DNA of 64,000 nt, from NCBI GenBank assembly GCA_963748215.1, contig CAVVHS010000008.1, positions 416,001 through 480,000 of the forward strand, read 5' to 3'. The DNA comes from an uncultured Gammaproteobacteria bacterium. GTDB taxonomy: Bacteria; Pseudomonadota; Gammaproteobacteria; UBA9214. The notes under the pieces were generated by a model that saw only the letters and a list, made by a program, of their open reading frames with translations, made no database searches and was not told where the DNA came from. A program made the translations under genes and the position numbers. Positions 44,093 through 53,903 of the stretch are shown piece by piece; positions within the stretch are counted from its first letter, which is position 1, and every line of letters begins with the position of its first letter.

Positions 44093-44908
44093 CTACAGGT
44101 ACTGCGACCAGTTGCGACTGGCGTCGCCGAATACCAGGAAGAACGGATTGAGCATCGAGTCCTTGGTGTTGTAGCGCAGCGGTTGCATATGGGTATCCGT
44201 TACCTGCCCGCCGGCCTGCTCGACGACGCACTGGGCCGCAGCCGTATCCCACTCCGACGTGGGCCCGAGTCGCGGGTAGATGTCGGCAATGCCCTCGGCA
44301 ACCAGGCACAGTTTCAGTGAACTGCCCATGCCGACCATTTCATGCTCGCCGATTTTTTCCAGGAATGCGCTCAGCGAGCTGCCGCGATGCGAGCGGCTGC
44401 CAACCACCATCACCGGGCCGCCATCCAGCTTGCGTACGTGGATCGATTCCGGCCTGTCGCCCCCGACCTGCTTGAAGGACCCGCGCCCGCGGCAGGCACT
44501 GTAGCTGATACCGGTGACCGGCACATGCACCACCCCCAGCACCGGCACGCCGTCGTCGATGAGCGCGATATTGACCGTGAACTCGCCATTGCGGTTGATG
44601 AACTCGCGCGTACCGTCCAGCGGATCGACCAGCCAGTAGCGCCGCCAGGTGGAACGCTCGGCGTACGGCAGACTGGCCGACTCCTCCGAGAGGATGGCAA
44701 CCTCCGGGGTCAGCCGGCCAAGGCCATCGACGATAGTGTGGTGTGCCGCCAGGTCCGCGGCAGTCAGCGGGGTCCGGTCATCCTTTTCCTGCACCGCATA
44801 ATCGTCGCTGTTGTAGACTTCCAGTATCCGCTCGCCGGCCTGGCGCGCCAGCGCCGTGACCGGGTCGAGCAGGCTGCAGATATCCGCCTTCAGTTCATCG
44901 TTATTCAC
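44093..44908 (-). CDS. cysQ: 3'(2'),5'-bisphosphate nucleotidase
   Basis: PLTAADL, LSEE, WLVDPLDGTREF, GSSLK, EWDTAA. Confidence 0.95.
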   Translation of the reverse strand: MNNDELKADICSLLDPVTALARQAGERILEVYNSDDYAVQEKDDRTPLTAADLAAHHTIVDGLGRLTPEVAILSEESASLPYAERSTWRRYWLVDPLDGTREFINRNGEFTVNIALIDDGVPVLGVVHVPVTGISYSACRGRGSFKQVGGDRPESIHVRKLDGGPVMVVGSRSHRGSSLSAFLEKIGEHEMVGMGSSLKLCLVAEGIADIYPRLGPTSEWDTAAAQCVVEQAGGQVTDTHMQPLRYNTKDSMLNPFFLVFGDASRNWSQYL

Positions 44909-45029
44909 TGGTATTCCCTGTTATTGGTGATTGCAAAAACCGCTGCCCGGCCACTCGCGACTGGCCGGCACACGAAAACATGACGGGCAAGTATACCCGT
45001 CAATGCGTGCCCGCGCCCCTGACCCACAA

Positions 45030-45640
45030 AATGGCGTAGGGTGCACTTCGTGCACCGTTCCCGGTGCGTAAAACGCACCCTACACCCGCGTTTTTATTTT
45101 CCGTGTTCTTCCGTGGATTCCGTGGCCATTACTGAACTCCCCCATAACCTGACAGGAGGCACTTCGCATCCCGTTCCCGGTGCGTAAAACGCACCCTACA
45201 CTCGGGTTTTTATTTTTCCGTGTTCTTCCGTGGATTCCGTGGCCATTATTTATCGCGCAGGGGATGCGCTCCTACCCCACTGGATGGTGTAGGGGGCACT
45301 CGATGTCCCGTTCCCGGTGCGTAAAACGCACCCTACACTCAGGTTTTATTTTTCCGGGTTCTTCCGTGTGCTTTCTTGGCCATTATTTATCGCGCAGGGG
45401 ATGCGCTCCTACCCTACTGGATGGTGCAGGGGGCACTCGATGTCCCGTTCCCGGTGCGTAGAACGCACCCTACACTCAGGCTTTTTATTTTTCCGTGTTC
45501 TTCCGTGGGTTCCGTGGCCATTCTTTGTCACGTCTCACTTTTTACATTTCACCTTTTACGTTTCACGCGATGCAGCTGCCCGCATTCATGATTTCCGTGT
45601 GCTTCCGTGGCTATTCTTCGTTCAACGTTTCACGCGGCAA
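45030..45640. repeat. mosaic repeat cluster with tandem REP/CACGG units
   Basis: Four GGTGCGTA(A/G)AACGCACCCTAC + TTCCGTG units followed by heptamer-like arrays. Confidence 0.85.
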
Positions 45641-45697
45641 TGCTGACACACGGTCGCGATCTGTTAACATTATCCGCAGTTTTCATTGAAGACAGGC

Positions 45698-46378
45698 ATG
45701 CCCATGATCCCCTGGCAGGAAATCGACAGCGTGTATCTCGACATGGACGGGACACTGCTCGACCTGCATTTCGATAACCATTTCTGGCGCGAACACGTCC
45801 CGCTGCGCTATGCCGAGCGCAACCGGCTCGACCTCGAGTCGGCGAAATCAGAACTGGTCCCGCGATTCCGGCTCAAGGAAGGCACACTGGACTGGTATTG
45901 CGTGGAGTACTGGAGCCGCGAGCTGGGTCTGGACATCGTTGCCCTCAAACGCGAGGTGCATCACCTGATCGCGGTGCACGAGCACGTACCCGAATTTCTC
46001 CGGCGTGTGCGATCATCCGGGCGACGCGTCGTCATGCTGACCAATGCCCATGCCAGGAGCCTGGAACTCAAGATGGAGGTAACCGGCCTGGCCGGCGCAT
46101 TCGATGCGCTGGTGTGCTCGCACGACCTCGGCTATCCGAAGGAAGATCCGCGTTTCTGGCCGGCGCTGGAAAGCCGGGAGCACCTCGCCAGGGAGTCCGC
46201 GCTGTTCATCGACGACAGCCTGTCCGTGCTGCGCACGGCACGTGACTACGGTATCGGCCACCTGCTGGCGATCAGCAAGCCCGACAGCCGCTCGCCGGTC
46301 CGCGATATCGATGAGTTCGTCTCCATCGAGGGTTTCGACGAAATCATGCCAACGGAGAAGGTGAGACGTGAGACGTGA
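45698..46378 (+). CDS. yrfG: HAD-family GMP/IMP nucleotidase
   Basis: LDMDGTLLDLHFDNHFW, GTLDWYC, TNAH, FIDDS. Confidence 0.88.
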   Translation: MPMIPWQEIDSVYLDMDGTLLDLHFDNHFWREHVPLRYAERNRLDLESAKSELVPRFRLKEGTLDWYCVEYWSRELGLDIVALKREVHHLIAVHEHVPEFLRRVRSSGRRVVMLTNAHARSLELKMEVTGLAGAFDALVCSHDLGYPKEDPRFWPALESREHLARESALFIDDSLSVLRTARDYGIGHLLAISKPDSRSPVRDIDEFVSIEGFDEIMPTEKVRRET

Positions 46379-46890
46379 GACGTGAATAAAATGGCCACGG
46401 AATCCACGGAAGAACACGGAAGAACACGGAAAGATATAAACCAGCGCAGGATGTGCTACAGCGTGAGACGTGAAACGAAGAATAGACGCGGGAAAACATG
46501 GAAATAAATATTGCGCATGGGATGCGTTCCCGCACCACTTGATTAAACAGCGGCATTTGTAGGGTGCACTCTGTGCACCATCCCCGGTGCGTAAAACGCA
46601 CCCTACGACAGCGCCGTTATTTTTCCGTGTTCTTCCGTGGATTCCGTGGCAATTTATTTTTGAACCCCCGAAGCCTGGCAGGAGGCGCTTCGTTCACCTC
46701 TCCGGTGCGTAAAACGCACCCTACGACAGCGCTGTTATTTTTCCGTGTTCTTCCGTGGATTCCGTGGCAATTTATTTTTGAACCCGCCCGAAGCCTGGCA
46801 GGAGGCGCTTCGTTCACCTCTCCGGTGCGTAAAACGCACCCTACGACAGCGCTGTTATTTTTCCGTGTTCTTCCGTGGATTCCGTGGCTA
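46360..46890. repeat. mosaic repeat cluster with 118-120 bp tandem units
   Basis: Heptamers overlapping the yrfG end, CACGG module, three REP+TTCCGTG units. Confidence 0.85.
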
Positions 46891-46927
46891 TCAATCTTAT
46901 ATTGATCTGCCACTTGCCCTTCGCGGA

Positions 46928-47365
46928 TCACGCATGCCCCAGCAGGCTATCGCGGCTTGCCGCGTACTTGGGCCAGGTCTTGAAACGTTTCCTGACGTAT
47001 TTCAGCAGGGCGGCATAATCCTCGAAGAATAACTCGAAGCCGCTCTCTGCCGGCTCGTCGAACTCGCAGTAGTCGTTGGTGTACTCGCGGCAGATCAACG
47101 GCCGGTCATCGTAAATACCGCAGCGACCGTCCTTCTGCAGGTGGGTGCAGCTGTTGTTGATCAGCAGGTACCAGCCTTCCTCGTCCTTGTAGGCCTGGAT
47201 GTCCCGGTGCGACAGCTGCCAGAGCATATGATCGAAGTCGTGCATGGAACGCGGCGTCACCAGCTCCTCGGTGATATAGGTACAGCACTTGGAGTTGGTG
47301 CAGAAACCGCACTTGTTGTCGGTCGTGATCTTGACGCCGACCGGGATGTTTTTCGTGTTTTTCAT
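46928..47365 (-). CDS. YkgJ family cysteine-cluster protein
   Basis: C..C...CC, C..L..DGRCGIYDDRPLICREY. Confidence 0.88.
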   Translation of the reverse strand: MKNTKNIPVGVKITTDNKCGFCTNSKCCTYITEELVTPRSMHDFDHMLWQLSHRDIQAYKDEEGWYLLINNSCTHLQKDGRCGIYDDRPLICREYTNDYCEFDEPAESGFELFFEDYAALLKYVRKRFKTWPKYAASRDSLLGHA

Positions 47366-47439
47366 AACGACCCGTCAATAGTTGTTGCTGAAAATACTAC
47401 CTGCAGGTAGCGGACGCTGTCCGCGAACGATGGTGCCAC

Positions 47440-48060
47440 AACTGTTCGCGCGATGTACAGGGCGAAGGTGAGCCATCATTACGGGCATCGCCCGGTCGAG
47501 AGGCTGGACTGGGCCATGTGCGGGAACGGCCATGAGGTGCGCCCCTGCATCAATAGACGGTGCAGGGCACACTCCATACACCGTTGCCGGTGCGTAAAAC
47601 GCACCCTACGCCTGCATTTATTTTTCCGTGTTCTTCCGTGGATTCCGTGGCCATTATCATCGCGCAAGAGGTGCGCTCCTGCATCAATAGACGGTGCAGG
47701 GCACACTCCATACACCGTTGCCGGTGCGTAAAACGCACCCTACGCCTGCATTTATTTTTCCGTGTTCTTCCGTGGATTCCGTGGCCATTATCATCGCGCA
47801 AGAGGTGCGCTCCTGCATCAATAGACGGTGCAGGGCACACTCCATACACCGTTGCCGGTGCGTAAAACGCACCCTACACCTGCATTTATTTTTCCGTGTT
47901 CTTCCGTGGATTCCGTGGCCATTATCATCGCGCATGAGATGCGCTCCTGCATCAATAGACGGTGCAGGGCGCACTCCATGCACCGTTGTCGGTGCGTAAA
48001 ATGCACCCTACGCCTGCATTTATTTTTCCGTGTAATTCCGTGTGCTTCCGTGGCCATTCG
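47440..48060. repeat. tandem array of 134 bp mosaic units (about 4 copies)
   Basis: Duplicated ORFs at 47560, 47694 and 47828 are offset by 134 nt. Confidence 0.9.
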
Positions 48061-48123
48061 CTTTCATGCACCCCCAGCCTGGCAGCGTTGTGAAGCGATA
48101 TCTCACGGCCGCTCCTGCACGGC

Positions 48124-49641
48124 CTATTGCGCGGCAAATTCGAAACGGTCGAATACCGGGCTGTCGTAAACACGCCGGCCGGCACGCACGCTGATCTCGC
48201 GACCACCGACATCGATGCTCAGTTGCCGGCCGTACTCGTACATGCCCTTTGCCGCCAGCAGCGTGGCGTTCACGCGCTCTTCCTCGATGGCCGGCATGAA
48301 CAGCGCCGGCAGTGTCCCGGCATCGGGCTGGTCCGGCAGCGTACAGAATACCGCGCCGACACCGCTCGCCAGCAGCTGCACACCGGTTTCCATGCCGCCC
48401 TGCGGATGCACGCGGATCGCGCGGATAATGGCCAACCGCAGCAACGGCTGGTCGCCCTGCGATTCCAGCACACCGAGCAGCTCCCCGACGCGCGCATCGC
48501 CGGCACCGCCCTCTTCCCAAGACAGCTTCATGCCGCTCGCGCTGCTGTCGATCACGCGGCACTGCACGGGTTCGGGTTTGGCAGGCTTGCGGCCGGCAGT
48601 GACCCTGCCGGCCGCGCGCAACAGGTAGGCGTGTATCTGCCCGAGGCCGATCAGCAGACTTATGTAGCGGCCATCTTTCTGGCGCGGTTCGCGCCGGCGA
48701 TCGGCGGACAGGTCTTCCGGCAACAGCCGGCGCAGCACCATGGCCTCCGGACTCTGCATGCGTACCCCGGCGGGCGTTTTGGCCAGTTGCGCGCGTATCG
48801 CCTGCAGGGCCGGATTCGCATCGAGCAGGTAGGCGTCCTGCAGGCTGGCCGGGGAATCGAGCCGGGTGCACGGTACCGGCAGGGCGTCGGCGTGCAGGTC
48901 GACCAGGAACAGGCCTTCACCCGCACCTTCCCAGCTGTTACCGGGCACGATGCGGCATTTGTCGGCATGCCGCAGCAGCACATCGAACAGCAGGCTCGCC
49001 TCGCCTTCCTCCAGGCGCGCCGGGTCCGTCAGCGCCAGCAGCATGACGGCATGATAGTAACCCGCACTCGTGGTCGAAGCGGCGGCGTCCTGCACGACCA
49101 CCCCCAGCAGCCCGAAGCGGCGCGCCAGGCGGTACAGCTGGTGCGTCTCGGCAATCAGCGACGGCTGTGCGGCGCGGTAAAACCGGAAGCCGTCCATCAG
49201 CACCCAGGCCATCTGTTGCAGCGCGCGGTGCAGCGCATGACCCAGCTGCGGGTGCGGCTTGTCCTTGCCGCTGCCGGCATACAGGTCCGCGACGACCAGC
49301 TTGTAGCCATTGGCCTGGCTCATCAGCAGGCGGCCAATGCCGTCGATGGCCTCCTTGCGGCGCACCCGGGCGAGATTCAGCTGACCGAGCTGCAATGGAT
49401 CGACGGTGTGAAACAGCCGCTGTGTCGTGACCCGGTAGGCCTCGAGCAGTACCAGGCGCGCCTCGGCAGCGTGCTTCTGCTCATTGAGCCCGTCCAGCCC
49501 GCCGCGTACCAGGCGCAGTGTTTCGACCACGTCCAGGAGCGGCAGGTCATCCAGCCATTCGCGCAGGCGCACGACGTCCGTCTCCACGGTCGGATCCGTG
49601 TAGCCATGCTGTACCGGCAGGGAAAGCTTCAAGGGTTCCAT
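48124..49641 (-). CDS. hypothetical protein, FimW-like with PilZ-type motifs
   Basis: N-terminal WLDDLPLLD helical region; RREPR and DSSASG match the PilZ RxxxR and DxSxxG motifs. Confidence 0.55.
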   Translation of the reverse strand: MEPLKLSLPVQHGYTDPTVETDVVRLREWLDDLPLLDVVETLRLVRGGLDGLNEQKHAAEARLVLLEAYRVTTQRLFHTVDPLQLGQLNLARVRRKEAIDGIGRLLMSQANGYKLVVADLYAGSGKDKPHPQLGHALHRALQQMAWVLMDGFRFYRAAQPSLIAETHQLYRLARRFGLLGVVVQDAAASTTSAGYYHAVMLLALTDPARLEEGEASLLFDVLLRHADKCRIVPGNSWEGAGEGLFLVDLHADALPVPCTRLDSPASLQDAYLLDANPALQAIRAQLAKTPAGVRMQSPEAMVLRRLLPEDLSADRRREPRQKDGRYISLLIGLGQIHAYLLRAAGRVTAGRKPAKPEPVQCRVIDSSASGMKLSWEEGGAGDARVGELLGVLESQGDQPLLRLAIIRAIRVHPQGGMETGVQLLASGVGAVFCTLPDQPDAGTLPALFMPAIEEERVNATLLAAKGMYEYGRQLSIDVGGREISVRAGRRVYDSPVFDRFEFAAQ

Positions 49642-49789
49642 CGCGTAACTGCCGATCGCGCCGGGCTAGCCCGCATATCTCACCGGAATAGGCACCGCCC
49701 GAAGACTCGCTGTTTGTTGCTGAATGGGCATCACTTCCATGATTTCAATTCAATATGTCCGTCAATCGCCGCCCGGTGAGAGATGCGGG

Positions 49790-50536
49790 CTACAGCCGGC
49801 CCGTGGTATTGATCAGGAATGTACCATCCGGACGCGCTGGCACCATCGCCTCCAGCAGGCCGCGGGTGTCGGTATCGAGCCCGGGGCCGGGGGCAAGCAG
49901 CAGCTGTACCGTATAGCGGCCATCGGGTGTGAGCGTGATGTCACCGGACGCGCCCAGCGTGCCGCCACGGATGATGCGCGTGACCACGTCCTGGCCCTTG
50001 TTTTCGATGGCGCACTGGATATCCCCCAGCGGCAGTGGCAGGGGTGCCAGCAGCGCCGCCGCCTGCCAGTCGAACAGGCCGTTGACGTCCTGTGCCCGCC
50101 TGTCGCGCAGCACGATACTGTCCAGCTGCAGTGTCAGCTGCCCGGAACTGGAAACCGCAATCGGTGAAAAGGTGCTGAGCAGGCGATCCGGTTGCAGTTG
50201 CAGGTCGACATCACGTCCGACAATTGTGCCATTCGGGGCAATGCCGATGCTGGCATGGCCCCGATGCTCGGGATGCTGCAGGTCGAGGCGATACTCCAGC
50301 CGGCCGCGCAGCAGTCCCGCGGGACTGAAACGCCAGCCTACCGGGCCGAGCTCGTTGCCCTGGTAGTCCAGGCGCCCGGCCTGCCCGGAAAACAGCGACC
50401 CGGTCACGGCCTGGATCGACAGTCCGTCGACCTGGCGCCCGATGGCACCGGTCAGGCGTTCGACCGGAAAGGTCAGCAGCAGGATCGGCAGGTAGATGGC
50501 AATACCGATCGCGATATAGCGCCAGGCACGCCTCAC
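49790..50536 (-). CDS. gspN: type II secretion protein N
   Basis: N-terminal TM, VTGSLFSGQA, WRFSP; GTG start overlaps the gspM stop. Confidence 0.8.
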   Translation of the reverse strand: MRRAWRYIAIGIAIYLPILLLTFPVERLTGAIGRQVDGLSIQAVTGSLFSGQAGRLDYQGNELGPVGWRFSPAGLLRGRLEYRLDLQHPEHRGHASIGIAPNGTIVGRDVDLQLQPDRLLSTFSPIAVSSSGQLTLQLDSIVLRDRRAQDVNGLFDWQAAALLAPLPLPLGDIQCAIENKGQDVVTRIIRGGTLGASGDITLTPDGRYTVQLLLAPGPGLDTDTRGLLEAMVPARPDGTFLINTTGRL

Positions 50537-51024
50537 AACCCGGGAGCCTGCAGGGTCAGCCGGGCATTCACCCTGCCTGCCGCATCGCCGACACGCTCCA
50601 TGCTGACCGTGTCGGCGTTGACACCGTAACGTTCGGCCAGGCTGCCGAGCCACTGGATCAGCTGATCGAACGATGCGTTCTCCAGCCAGACCCTGACACT
50701 GTTGGCGCCTTCCGGCTCGACCCGCTTCAGGGCACTGGCCAGCCCGCCGGCGCGGGCGGTGCTGTCGGCCAGCGACAGCAGGGACTGTCCGCGCAGGCCC
50801 TGACCTCCTGCACCGCTGCCCTTGAGCTGTGCCAGCAGTTGCGCGCTTTCCTGCATCCACACAGCGGTGTCGCGCTGCCCGGCGACATTATCCCGCAGCT
50901 CGAGATAACCGCCGCGCAGCGGCGACCAGATCACGGCATAGACGATCAGCAACGCGACCAGCGCGGCGGCGGCCATGACCATCAGCCGTTCGCGCGGGGC
51001 GAGACTCTCCAGCCAGGCCTTCAT
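50533..51024 (-). CDS. gspM: type II secretion protein M
   Basis: LAPRER..TM, FDQLIQWL, GRVNARLTL. Confidence 0.9.
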   Translation of the reverse strand: MKAWLESLAPRERLMVMAAAALVALLIVYAVIWSPLRGGYLELRDNVAGQRDTAVWMQESAQLLAQLKGSGAGGQGLRGQSLLSLADSTARAGGLASALKRVEPEGANSVRVWLENASFDQLIQWLGSLAERYGVNADTVSMERVGDAAGRVNARLTLQAPGL

Positions 51025-52232
51025 GTTCCCATCCCCTGGATACGCAGGCGGCTTTGCACGCGCTGGTCGGCACCGGTGGTGGCAGACTGGATTTCTACTT
51101 CCAGCCCGCCACTGCCGGCGAGCGCCTGCTTGAGCTGGTCGAGCGACTGCAGGTTGGGAATCTTCAGGTCAAGGTCGAGCCGGCCGGCACGAAAACTGAT
51201 CCCGCCCAGCTCGACGCCCTGCACGTCCTTCAGGATCGATCCGGTCTTGCCCAGCAGGGTCAGGAAATCCGCACCCGCGTTACTGCTACGCTGCAGCCGG
51301 TCGAGTTGCTGCTGCATCTGCACGCGCGGATTGACTACCCGCTGGGTGCCGGGCATCGCGGTACGGAAGGTTTGTTCGATCTGCGCCTGCAGCTGCTCGC
51401 TCTCGCCGCTGAGCCGGTAGTAGTCGACGCCCATCGCGAGGAGACTGATCAGGATACCGGCCAGCAGCAGGGCCGCGGTGGTAAGCCACGGTTTCCACAC
51501 GCGTGACCAGTCGCCCGACCGGCTGTAGGCGCCCTGCAGCAGGTTGATCGAACGGCTGTCCAGTCCCTGCGCGAAAATGACCAGTGGGTCGTCGCTGTAG
51601 TATTCCTCGATGACCTCACCCGGGTAGTTATCGACCACCGGCGGCTGGATATCCGGACGCACGATCAGGCGTACCGGCGCGGCAACCTCGTCCTGCTGCA
51701 TGGTGAGCATGGTATCCAGGTTCTCGCCATCGACGGCGAAACCACTGGCCGGGCCATTCCTGACCAGTACGATATCATCGATGACAAACGCGCTGATTTC
51801 GTTCTCGACCTGCGGTACCGCCAGCACCTCGGGGACCACCTGCTGAACATCCATCGCGGTGGTATCGAGCGCGGCGATCAGCCGGTCCATGTATTCGCGG
51901 TTAATGACGGCGACCGACCAGTTGCCGTCCGCCTCCGCCTCGCCCAGCGCGAAGTGCAGCTGCTCGACCTCGTCGGACAGCTGTTCTTCGAGTGCATAGG
52001 GAACGGCACGCAACAGTTTCTGCCGGTTGCGTCCGGGGATGTGCACGGTGGTCAGCAGGCAGTCGACGCCGGGCACCAGCACGACCACACGCAGACCCTC
52101 CGCCTCTTGCGCGGCGTCCGCAATCGGTCCGGCCTGTATGCCAGTCTGCAGGATGCCGTTGACGTCCATCCGCAGCCAGCGCCAGCTGTCGCCGGTAATG
52201 GAATCCGCTCTCAGCAGCAGTGTGTCACGCAT
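51021..52232 (-). CDS. gspL: type II secretion protein L
   Basis: AVPYALEEQL..VEQLHFA, INLLQGAY, VNPRVQM. Confidence 0.92.
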   Translation of the reverse strand: MRDTLLLRADSITGDSWRWLRMDVNGILQTGIQAGPIADAAQEAEGLRVVVLVPGVDCLLTTVHIPGRNRQKLLRAVPYALEEQLSDEVEQLHFALGEAEADGNWSVAVINREYMDRLIAALDTTAMDVQQVVPEVLAVPQVENEISAFVIDDIVLVRNGPASGFAVDGENLDTMLTMQQDEVAAPVRLIVRPDIQPPVVDNYPGEVIEEYYSDDPLVIFAQGLDSRSINLLQGAYSRSGDWSRVWKPWLTTAALLLAGILISLLAMGVDYYRLSGESEQLQAQIEQTFRTAMPGTQRVVNPRVQMQQQLDRLQRSSNAGADFLTLLGKTGSILKDVQGVELGGISFRAGRLDLDLKIPNLQSLDQLKQALAGSGGLEVEIQSATTGADQRVQSRLRIQGMGT

Positions 52233-52314
52233 TCACGGCCCTTTCGTCGATTGTGGCGGGTATCCTAGCAGAAATGCGCAGGAAAATACGGGATAACATT
52301 GCAGAAACATTGTG

Positions 52315-53277
52315 TTAACCCGCCGGCTGGATAACCGCCGTCACGCGGGTACGGGACACCACCCGCAGGTCCTTGCCTTCGCGTTCCAGCACGCTTTCCA
52401 GCTGCGCCTTGCCGACCCCCACACTGACATCCGTCAGCACCAGAAACCATTTGCTTTCTACATCCACGCGATTGTATATCGTCAGGCCGGCAAGCGCGTT
52501 ATGGGCCAGAAAAGCCCCCTTGTCAGCGAACGGCTCCTGCTCGCGATCGGCCAGCAACGTTTCCACGCCCTGCGCGGTCATGTTTTCGTCCAGGGCCAGC
52601 AATACCACGGCCGTGGCCGTGTTGATATTGATCGTCGTCACGTCAGGCAGCGCGGTAACGTACGGCAAAAGCACCTGCATCACCTCGTCGGTAAAACCCA
52701 GCACCAGGCGCAGTTCGCTGATCGAGACGAGCCGGCGGTTCGCGGCGCGGTAGGGCGGGTCCGCGAGCAGGTAGGTGTCGTCCTCGGCACCACCCGGAAA
52801 CGTGGCGTTGATATCGGCATCGATCCAGTCCAGCAGCGTGGTGGCAAGCTCCGGGTCGAGTTCCAGCACATTCAGCAGTCGTTTGAAATAGTCGATGCTG
52901 CCGGTGTCGGGTTTGCCGTCCGCGCCCACCAGGTTGTTCACGTTGAAGCGGCCCTGCAGGTCGCTCACCTTGCCGCTGACGAAACCGCCCTCGACGGGAA
53001 TCGGCGGCAACGCGGCGGCCCAGTCCTCGTCCAGCGCATCGTAGGTGCTGTCATTCGCATCGCGGCGCAGGATAACCTGTGCCCAGCTCTCCGCCGCCAG
53101 CGCATAGGCGTAGGACTGTTCACCATGCACCAGGTTGGCGGTGCGGCGCACGTCGACGTGCAGTCGTGTCGCCATCGCCACGGCGGCCACGGTTGCCAGC
53201 GCGACCACCAGCAGTGCGGTGACCAGCGCTACACCCTGTTGCGGCGTATTGCCCTTACCGTTGCGGATGTGCATCAC
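52315..53277 (-). CDS. gspK: type II secretion minor pseudopilin K
   Basis: QQGVALVTALLVVA, DLQGRFNVNNL, DWIDAD, ININTA. Confidence 0.93.
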   Translation of the reverse strand: MMHIRNGKGNTPQQGVALVTALLVVALATVAAVAMATRLHVDVRRTANLVHGEQSYAYALAAESWAQVILRRDANDSTYDALDEDWAAALPPIPVEGGFVSGKVSDLQGRFNVNNLVGADGKPDTGSIDYFKRLLNVLELDPELATTLLDWIDADINATFPGGAEDDTYLLADPPYRAANRRLVSISELRLVLGFTDEVMQVLLPYVTALPDVTTININTATAVVLLALDENMTAQGVETLLADREQEPFADKGAFLAHNALAGLTIYNRVDVESKWFLVLTDVSVGVGKAQLESVLEREGKDLRVVSRTRVTAVIQPAG

Positions 53278-53903
53278 TCGGGCATCCTGAACAACCAGAC
53301 CAGCCTGCCATACTGCTTGTGCTCGAGGCTGATTTCAACGGCCTTCGGCAGCAATACCGTCGTGATCCCGGGCAGCGCTGCCGCGGGAGCATTGTCGGCG
53401 ACGCCGCTCCAGCTGGTTTTCCATTCATCCGCATCGAGGTAGCGCACGTCCATCTGCGTGACTTCGTCCGTGAGCGACTGTTTGACCGGCAGACTGTCCT
53501 GGGCTCGATCGAGCACCGACCAGGTGTAGCGAACCAGCTGTTCGTCCTCGATGGCATAGGCCACGCGCTGCAGCGTGCTGCGCGCATGGCCGAGGGGGTT
53601 GCGCCAGCCACCGCGGGTCAACTGCAGCACCTCGGCTCCCGACAGCGGTGGGAGTTCCGTGCCATACTCGTCGCGTACCGGGCGCGGCACCACCTGCTCG
53701 ATATCGCGCTGCATGAGCAGGTAGATTTTCTGCACCCGACCCAGCCGGTCCGCCTCCTGTTCGGTCGCCGCACTCTGTTCCAGCACACTGTGCAGTCCGC
53801 TGTAGGACATTACCGATAGCAGGCCGAAGATCGCCAGCGCCACCAGCAACTCCAGCAGGGTGAAGCCGGCGATACCGGCGATGCGTCCGCGCACCACGCT
53901 CAT
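53274..53903 (-). CDS. gspJ: type II secretion minor pseudopilin J
   Basis: GFTLLELLVALAIF, RGGWRNP, LPKAVEI. Confidence 0.92.
   Translation of the reverse strand: MSVVRGRIAGIAGFTLLELLVALAIFGLLSVMSYSGLHSVLEQSAATEQEADRLGRVQKIYLLMQRDIEQVVPRPVRDEYGTELPPLSGAEVLQLTRGGWRNPLGHARSTLQRVAYAIEDEQLVRYTWSVLDRAQDSLPVKQSLTDEVTQMDVRYLDADEWKTSWSGVADNAPAAALPGITTVLLPKAVEISLEHKQYGRLVWLFRMPE

Noticed and set aside
47530-48060. CRISPR-like periodic arrays (also at 3.0-3.5, 7.6-8.1, 13.0-13.6, 46.6-46.9 and 59.8-60.2 kb)
   Set aside because: The would-be spacers are near-identical within each array, periods are 117-234 bp, and no cas genes are present; these are REP-based tandem repeats.
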